Origin: Lingula anatina | Taxonomy: Eukaryota; Animalia; Brachiopoda | Reading direction: 5' to 3' | DNA length: 64,000 bases | Assembly: GCA_051362555.1 (NCBI GenBank) | Contig: CM120646.1 | Span: 7,688,001-7,752,000 of the forward strand | Shown: positions 56,750 through 64,000 of the stretch, piece after piece | How positions within the stretch are numbered: the first letter of the stretch is position 1 | Layout: each line of letters starts with the position of its first letter | Translations under genes and position numbers: made by a program | The notes under the pieces: model-generated | What the model saw: only the letters and a program-made list of their open reading frames with translations | What the model was told of the DNA's origin: nothing | Database searches by the model: none

Positions 56750-58993
56750 TTACCTTAGCTTATGCTCTAGTTTGATTAAGCAGTCTCTCAGCATTTTAAG
56801 TTCGTTACCAATATTGCTATCCTTCTGTGGCACTGGCTGTGGCTGATGAATGTCATTGTTACGCCGATGTTGGTGTACATGATGGGCAGGAAAGGTACGG
56901 CGAGGTGTGTGTCTGGCAGCTTGTTTGATGTTGCGAGCAAGCGATATTGTCCCTTTAAAGTTCAGGTGAATTCCATCATGGCTAAATAGCCACCGCTTGT
57001 CAGTGATGTCAGTGTTCTGGATGTAGGTAACATTTTCCAATGATTGACAATATCTTTGGGTGAGAGTGTTTGTTTCCTGAGCTTTTTTGTTGAATGACCA
57101 GTTACCCCACCGAGGTAGTATGTTGCTGACTATAATTTCAGTGTCAGGATATTTCTGCTTAACACTTGTAATCAAGCTCTTCAATTCGTCACAAGTTTCA
57201 CGTGGTTGTTGTTTTTGGATGTTGTTTGATCCAATTATAAGAGAAATGGTTTTTGGACTGCCCCAGTTGCTCTCCTCGATCACTGCCTTTGCATCTGATA
57301 TTTGTCCACCACTCAAAGCAAAACAATGGCTATTGGTCCCAGGGAAAATTTTGTTAGCATTGAGTCCCTTTCCAATTGAGCTAGATACTATTGCATTATC
57401 AAGGGGTCCTGTGTTGATTTTAATATTCCATCTTGTATGTCCAGGGCCTTTTTCAGTGTTCAAAGGGTATTGGATACTAGTGCCATCACTGTTTGTGGGG
57501 GTTGTGGTGATTTGAGGTTGTACATCCAAAGTCTCAGTTACTTTACCCTTGGGTGGGAAAGATTTGTTTTGTGCAGCTCCACTAGAGGGTATGGTGTTAG
57601 TAGAGGATGGTAGGGGATCCTCTTCTCCCACCTGTATCGTGGACACAGGTGAACATGTCATGTTGCTGGTCTCTACGTGATTTAGTTTGATGCTGGTTAG
57701 CACAGGTAGAGGGGTGGGCTTCATCAATAGGTTACCTGTAGTTTCTGATATCTGTGACTCCTTGTTACCTGGTCCATTGTTTGGGAGAGGCATCTCTGCA
57801 GGTGCTTGTGGCGAGGTGCAATTATCTGTCACATCTATGATGCATTGTACTCCACAGTTTGTTGTTGGTGATTGGGGAGGAGGTATATCACACTGAGTTC
57901 CAGTATCTGATGTTGCAGTGATGGTGGGAATAAAGGCACATTGGGTCCCTTCATTCACACTTGTTGTTTGTTTTGCAGTAAGCTGGCAGCCAAGCTTCCC
58001 CACTTGATCTGATAATGTTGTTAATTGGGCTGTTAAGCGGGTCAGGGTGTCTTTCAAGTCTTTGTATTGCTCTGCATTGACTGTAGTTAGCCCAGTAAGC
58101 TGCTCCTCTATGGCTTGTAACTTTTCATTGCTATTCTTTGTATCCTGTCTCTCTTTATCTGCAGTTTTAAGCATTAATACTGAGTACTGGTTTTCAATTG
58201 TTTGAAGAGTTTCTTGTATTTTGCAAATTTCTCTCTCTGATTTCATGTTTTTGGGACTAGAATAAAGTTTGCCTGTTTTGAATCCTTTGGGAGTTGAGGA
58301 ATGGCGAGGCTTTGTTGGTTTTTTAAGCTCAGTTTGACTGTTATCTAGTATTGCTGTATCAAATTCTTCTGCTGATTTACTGGTAATTTCTGTGATTTCA
58401 GTTTGCACTACTGTCTGGCTGGCTGCCACTGCTGGCTGGATCTTTTTGGGTGTTGATATGAGCATTGCAATTTTTGGATAGTCATTTGCGAGCCAAAGCA
58501 TATAAGCTGCTCCTTGGATATGTATTTTCTTGGATTTGGCTGTACTGTAGAAAGTTAGAGAAACATGTCCTAGTTTAGATCCCATAGAGCCGATATAGGG
58601 AAATTTGAGTTGTGAGCCTGATCCTGAATTGACAACATCTTCCGTGGCTTGTTTGTGGTATGATTTGCAAGCTTCAAACCACTTTTTCACTAAGGGCACA
58701 GTACTGATTCCAACTATGGCACATTGGGCATTGTGGGTTGTGGAGACAATATTAGGACCATAGTACTCGTCTTGATAGTCATAATCTGATTCAATCCTAT
58801 TTTCCTGGTCATATACTAGTCTGGATTTTGGATTAATCAGTTTGTGGTAAGCTTCACTATATTCTTGGAGTAAGATTTGAGTATTTCCATTGAACTCATT
58901 CAGGTTACTTGCCTTTGAGGTGAATGCATCCCTTATCTCTTCAGCAGTAGCATTAGGCTTCACTCCTAGCTTAGTGTAGTGATTGTCCTCCAT
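56750..58993 (-). CDS. LINE ORF1: J-domain-like N-terminus, coiled coil, low-complexity linker and SGNH esterase (747 aa from the first ATG)
   Basis: NHYTKLGVKPNATAEEIRDAF...EYSEAYHKLINPKSRLVYD; heptad region ICKIQETLQTIE..LTTLSDQV; esterase blocks IVSSSI, LSGG, IGSNN and DGIH. Confidence 0.9.
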   Translation of the reverse strand: MEDNHYTKLGVKPNATAEEIRDAFTSKASNLNEFNGNTQILLQEYSEAYHKLINPKSRLVYDQENRIESDYDYQDEYYGPNIVSTTHNAQCAIVGISTVPLVKKWFEACKSYHKQATEDVVNSGSGSQLKFPYIGSMGSKLGHVSLTFYSTAKSKKIHIQGAAYMLWLANDYPKIAMLISTPKKIQPAVAASQTVVQTEITEITSKSAEEFDTAILDNSQTELKKPTKPRHSSTPKGFKTGKLYSSPKNMKSEREICKIQETLQTIENQYSVLMLKTADKERQDTKNSNEKLQAIEEQLTGLTTVNAEQYKDLKDTLTRLTAQLTTLSDQVGKLGCQLTAKQTTSVNEGTQCAFIPTITATSDTGTQCDIPPPQSPTTNCGVQCIIDVTDNCTSPQAPAEMPLPNNGPGNKESQISETTGNLLMKPTPLPVLTSIKLNHVETSNMTCSPVSTIQVGEEDPLPSSTNTIPSSGAAQNKSFPPKGKVTETLDVQPQITTTPTNSDGTSIQYPLNTEKGPGHTRWNIKINTGPLDNAIVSSSIGKGLNANKIFPGTNSHCFALSGGQISDAKAVIEESNWGSPKTISLIIGSNNIQKQQPRETCDELKSLITSVKQKYPDTEIIVSNILPRWGNWSFNKKAQETNTLTQRYCQSLENVTYIQNTDITDKRWLFSHDGIHLNFKGTISLARNIKQAARHTPRRTFPAHHVHQHRRNNDIHQPQPVPQKDSNIGNELKMLRDCLIKLEHKLR

Positions 58994-59544
58994 CTTTGTT
59001 GAGACTGTCTGTTTGCTCCTTGAAAGTCTTTTCCAGAATTTAGTCTTTTCACATAAGCTTTGCCTTAAATGTTTGATCCAGTGGTATGCCTTTGAATTTA
59101 AAAACAATCTTCACCTTGATTCAGTTGCATATTAGTAGCTGGTATAGGTATTTTGGTATAACTTTTAGAGAGCTCTTTGCATCCTCTCAGATCAGTCGGC
59201 CATCTTGAAATCTCATCATGGGCTATTGTGAAGATACTCATTTTCGGCGCAATGTAGATGTACACCTGTAAAGGCAGTGAGGATGCCCAGAATATCATGT
59301 CCAAGCTACATAAAAATTATGAAAAAAAATATAAAGGATGGAAACGTCGGTGCTAATGACAACGTCTCACGTACAAATGGATCCTGTCACACTTATTTCT
59401 GATACACCAAAAGCGATCCAGTATAAATATCATCAACGATAATAATTATACTTTGATGAACAATATACTATTCCCTTCCTCAGCCCAAAGCAGCGTGATT
59501 GCAACTGTCACTGGCCACGTGATTAACTGACCTTGACTACAACC

Positions 59545-60087
59545 TCAACCACGGAAAGGACCCCAGAAAAGTTTTGCAGGTGTGTCTGCAGTTACTTGGA
59601 AGTAGTCGGTCCCAGCTTTTACGAACTCTTCCTTGCTGATCATCCCATCATGATTGGTGTCCAGTGCCTCGAAAGATGGAGTCACCGATAGGGGGTGTAC
59701 GCCGTAACATTCAAGAAAAGCAGTGTACTCGGATAGGGAAATCATCCCGTCACTATTGGCGTCCGCAGAGTCGAAGAAAGCAGCAAGACATTGTTCCGCT
59801 GACTCGTGGAAGTTCGGATCACTGAGATAGCGAGAATGGATTTGAATCATATCATCTATGTTGACGTTGTCATTGACCGCCTTGTCGGCCCAGTAGAAGT
59901 CCCAAGCCGCCGAACACAGTGGGATGTATGCCTCCGCTTTCTCCTTGGGTATTAATTGACTCACTCTTCCAGCAATCCAGTCGACGTAATCCTTCTTGTT
60001 GACCAATCCGTCAAGATCTCTGTCAAAGAGGACGAAGAAAGAGCGCATTTTGCGTACCCAAAAGTAGGGGAAGGGAGCTGCTGCCAT
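59545..60087 (-). CDS. SCP-like EF-hand protein, copy 3 (180 aa)
   Basis: Intact ORF; the most diverged of the three copies (QCL for EYF, ADANS, SEYT). Confidence 0.92.
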   Translation of the reverse strand: MAAAPFPYFWVRKMRSFFVLFDRDLDGLVNKKDYVDWIAGRVSQLIPKEKAEAYIPLCSAAWDFYWADKAVNDNVNIDDMIQIHSRYLSDPNFHESAEQCLAAFFDSADANSDGMISLSEYTAFLECYGVHPLSVTPSFEALDTNHDGMISKEEFVKAGTDYFQVTADTPAKLFWGPFRG

Positions 60088-61699
60088 TTTTGTTCTGAAA
60101 TAAAAGCAGCCATAAGGAGTAGAGTTCTAACTTTTTAGTTGATAAATGGAAGCTGCAATACAATTGGGCAATATGAGAGAAATAATATACACAATTTAAA
60201 ACCCTGTCATGACATTCACGTCTCTTTTATTTAAGTAACGCAATATCATTTACACTGTAATTATTATTTTACTTACGTTTTTAAAGTATTTGTCGAAATA
60301 GTATACTCTTTCCGACTTTATTTTGTCTTTCTGCCCCTTGTCAAAAGCAGATTTCATAAGTGAGGACTACCCGATGCTGCGTTCGCACATAAAATGGGGG
60401 AATGGCCGTTTCACCTGTTAATTTTCTCAAGGCACTCACAACAGTTAGAAATGAGATACGGTGTCCTTGTCCTAGGTCAGATATTCATTATCTTCAAATG
60501 GTCGTTTTGAAATGTAAGAACTGATCAGATAAAAAGAATTGGCAATGAATAGTAAAACATACAATGTTTTTTTCTAGAGGCAAAAGCGTGGTTCAGATTG
60601 AGTGAAACGCTTACATCGAAGAATATGTAGCTGTTTGAACAGATATTCTCTCAAAAATGGTAATTATCAGAAAGAACTTTAGCACTTAAAATCCCTAGGG
60701 TCTCAACAGGTTTGACTCTTTCTACAGTCTACAATCATCACTTTGTTTTGCTCATGCTTCAGTCTTTTCTTTTTCTCTCGATGTGCACTCCTGGTCCCGT
60801 TAAGGATGCTATCCAAATTTTCCGCTCTTATTGTCGATGGCAAGATCGACCCACCGTTTCTCGAGAACTGCTGAGTAAGCAGACTAAGAGCAGAGTGACT
60901 ATGGCTGCTAAATATCATATATAAATATTGATATATCATCCCCATGGTAGTTCAACACCTCCACTTCATGTTGCCACTTACCCAGCAAAATAATAATGAT
61001 TATAAACCATAGAAAGAAATTGTGTTTTCTGTGGCCCCGATTTCCAGTGTACAATGTACATGGTCAATGGCGGATTTTAGGGAGGACAAAGTTATGAGAC
61101 CCATACTTAGCTTATCATTCGCTACACCCCCTCCCTGCGGCTGACCACCACAACAAAATGTGTAAAGAGCAAAACGAGATAATATAACAGTTTTTCATAT
61201 CTCACCCCTCCCTCAGTATAACAGTGAAGTTCCCCCCATTTAGTTTTTACCCAATCCACTTTTGAAATGGTGATTGTTAATCGTTTAAAGCTATAGCTGA
61301 AAGAACGCCAAGAGATGTTCAATTTGAGTTGTTAATAATAATAATTTATCGTGAAAAAATTAAAATAGTTAAAATTGTACTGGAATTATCAAATAGCTAG
61401 TGCATGCGATAGTTGTGAGCGCAGTCCTACACGCAAAACAAAGGGTACAAGGAACTCTTCTCTTTCCTAAAAACCATCCCGAATGAAAATAGAGAAAACA
61501 GATATCCTTTCACCCCTATACATTATGTAATATAGTGAATCTGTTATAATATTTGCCGAACGATCGAAGCGGAAAATGTTTATCCATTCTTCCCCGCTTT
61601 CTCACATGGCACATCCCTAAATCTGTCACTGATGATATTTAATTCACTTCCTGTGCCAAGGTGATTTTTATTTTTCTACTTTTATTTTTTAATCGGAAT

Positions 61700-64000
61700 A
61701 GACGTCTATTCCAATAGATATAAAACCAAACAATAGTTTGTTAATAATACAAATATAGTTAGAGATATCATATTTCAATATATCTCTAAAGCAAAGGAAG
61801 AAATTAAAATTTTTATTTGTAGCTATTATATAAAATTCTAATATGATAACAGCGGTTTATCAATATGTTTTTGTTATCATTCCTTATCAGGGTCAACGAA
61901 TTCACGATGCTCTAGTCATATATTACTATGGGCTATTGTGTTATACTCATTTTTGGCGCGATGTGCACCTGTAAAGGCAGTGAGGATGGTCAGAAAAGCA
62001 TTTCCAAGCTACATAAAAAATTGTGAAAAAAAATACCAAAGATGAAAACGTCGGTGCTAATGACAACGTCTCACGTACAAATGGGTCCTGTCACACTTAT
62101 TTCAGATACACCAAAAGCGATACAGTATAGAGTCTAAATATCATCAGCGATTGTAATTATAATATGATGAACAATATACACTTCCTTACTCACCCAATTG
62201 CAGCGTAATTGGAATAACTCTGTGCAGTACAGTGTCAGTAAAATACAGTCCGAAGGTTTTTAAACCATAGTGTTAAAACATAGTTACATACTGGCTACAT
62301 GACCTAGATCTGAATAAGTCAAATGTTTTAACACTATTAAAAGACGCAGGCTATGCGGAATGCATACAGTGGTCCGTTCATTACTTGCTATTTTAAAACG
62401 AAATGGTTGCCTAATGTACTAATACTAATTTCAGCTATTCTCACTCGAGTATGAAACGTGTTACACATTTGTGGTCCTCTTTTCTGCATATCGTTTACGT
62501 TAATGTTTCTTTGATGAAGATAGGAAAAAACAAGAAAAATCTCAGAGGACAAACAATTAACCAATGTGTAATCATTCAGTAATAAATTGGTCAACACCAA
62601 AAGCTGAACAATTTTTTGATAGATTTTTTTTGTCCTTTCCTGAAAATTTTATCAAAATTCATCGATAAGTCTATGGACAATGCTGGTGACGAACAAAGAG
62701 ACAAGCAGAAAGACAAGCAGATGAAAGATGAAAACGTTGCATACTTGACGGAGGTAATGGCTGGAATTCGAATGCTTCTTTTTTTTTTTAATTTTAGAAA
62801 GTTGTCAGTTTTTCCATTATATGTAGAAACAGGCCGCTTTGTTAATAAAAAAAATAGAAGATGGACTCTGTATTCTCTGTAAAGATAAAAAAGTAGAAGA
62901 TGAGCTTAATTTTTTTTTTGATTGTCCAATTTATATCTTATCTTTCACGACCTGGAGGAGGTTACAGAGAGACCTCAAGTGCTTTTTACAGACTTTCATA
63001 GAAGAACAGCGAGGTTTCTCTTTAACTGCTTTCAGGTCAGAAAGAAGTTGTTATATAAATAATGTTAAAACCGGTGACTTTGTAAGCCCATAGGGCTAGG
63101 ACGTTACATATATATGTATTCATATTATTGCATTATGTTTAATATTTGTATATATTCGGTATATATTCGATATAAATCAATTTAACTATTTGTTAATCGA
63201 AATAGACTTTTATTCCAATAGATATAAAACCCAACAATAGTTTGTTAAGAATACAGATATGGTTGGAGATATCATATTTCAGTAATAATGAAAACAAAGT
63301 TTATGACTGTCAAGAAGAAATTAATCTTTTTATTTGTAGCTATTTATAAAAATCGAATATGATAACAGCGGATAATCAGTATGGATTCGTAATAAATGCT
63401 TTTGTTATTATTCCTTATCCAGGTCTCCGAATTCACGATGTTCTAGTCATATATTACTATGGACTATTGTGAAGATACTCATTTTTGGGGCGATATACAC
63501 CTGTAAAGGCAGTGAGGATACTCAGAAAATCATGTCCAAGCTACATTAAAGATGCATACAAAGTCAATTTTTTGTCACAAAAACCAACCAAATGCCAGCA
63601 TATAGTTTCAAGTAGTATAACTAAAACAATTACCAAAAGGCATTGTTTAATTTTACCCGAAAATGATGTTTGAACGGATTTTTCTGCTGGCATTCTAACT
63701 TGTACATGTATATCAATGGGGCAGGAAAGTAGGTCACGAAAGTAGGTTAAATTTACAACCAATAATTTTAAGAAAGGAGCAGTCTAAAGGTCTTTTATGG
63801 CTGATCGAGTGATCTATTCAGTTTATCCCGTGGCATGTCGAATTTATTTGAGTCATATAAGAATCTAGTAGAAGTGGTTTACATGTGTTAATTACTGGGA
63901 ATCCACGCTCCACCGATGCTTGGTTCGTATGTACCTTTAAAATTATGAAAAAAATACCAAGGATGAAAAAGTGGGTGCTAATGACAACGCCTCACGTACA
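61700..64000. repeat. Gene-less remnants of the SCP unit spacer (61740-62210, 63200-63545, 63938-64000)
   Basis: tatgataacagcgg..gaattcacgatg..atattactatgg..cacctgtaaaggcagtgaggat..ctaatgacaacg match 50765-51165. Confidence 0.85.
62770..63000 (+). pseudogene. Decayed 3' fragment of another RTEX-like LINE ORF2
   Basis: PLYVETGRF, then after a frameshift IEDGLCILCKDKKVEDELNFFFDCP, a decayed CCHC motif homologous to the ORF2 C-terminus near 52900-53060. Confidence 0.75.

Larger units (their letters stand above)
52537..59217 (-). mobile_element. Intact, apparently full-length LINE (APE-RT, RTEX-like)
   Basis: Inserted within tattactat|gggctattgtg; the empty site is visible at ~50862-50880 and ~61921-61940. 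The 3' end has AATAAA followed by a (TTA)n tail. TSD is at most 2 bp (AT). Both ORFs are uninterrupted. Confidence 0.95.
49520..60680. repeat. Tandem array of a ~1.67-kb SCP gene unit (three copies; unit 2 interrupted by the LINE)
   Basis: The stop codons of copies 1 and 2 are 1673 bp apart. Flanks 50071-51190, 51744-52536 plus 59218-59540, and 60088-60680 align. Confidence 0.93.

Noticed and set aside
52923-57896. Multiple + strand ORFs within the LINE, and similar ones opposite the zinc-finger and SCP genes
   Set aside because: Antisense shadows of real coding sequence with no recognisable motifs.
58994-59107. ORF1 extension to 785 aa
   Set aside because: It depends on a TTG start; the first ATG (58993) coincides with the start of the J-like domain.
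49528-60087. SCP-like genes as aequorin-type photoproteins
   Set aside because: The three-EF-hand layout is shared, but the C-terminal His/Trp/Tyr residues of aequorin (QHLGFW..KLY) correspond here to AGTDYF..KLF; the sequence fits Nereis-type SCP better.

Overview
AT-rich, intron-containing animal genomic DNA, most likely a marine invertebrate; it is not prokaryotic. All exon and repeat boundaries were read by eye. Host genes: (i) two tandem + strand receptor tyrosine kinase genes with three Ig domains (13785-21271 and 28005-35919), plus a decayed partial duplicate at 1-1550; (ii) a C2H2 zinc-finger gene with a frameshift (37147-38737, -); (iii) a V+C Ig-superfamily gene with a probable GPI anchor (42787-48318); (iv) a tandem array of three near-identical sarcoplasmic calcium-binding protein (SCP)-like EF-hand genes on a ~1.67 kb unit, followed by gene-less unit remnants. 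Mobile DNA: a decayed Ngaro/PAT-type tyrosine-recombinase retrotransposon with split direct repeats (4321-12725) nested in a TTAA-flanked inverted-repeat element; a ~1.5 kb foldback element; several MITEs; LINE fragments; and an intact, apparently full-length RTEX-like LINE (52537-59217). The ORF1 of that LINE begins with a DnaJ/J-domain-like module lacking HPD and ends in an SGNH esterase, which is the most unusual observation in the window.
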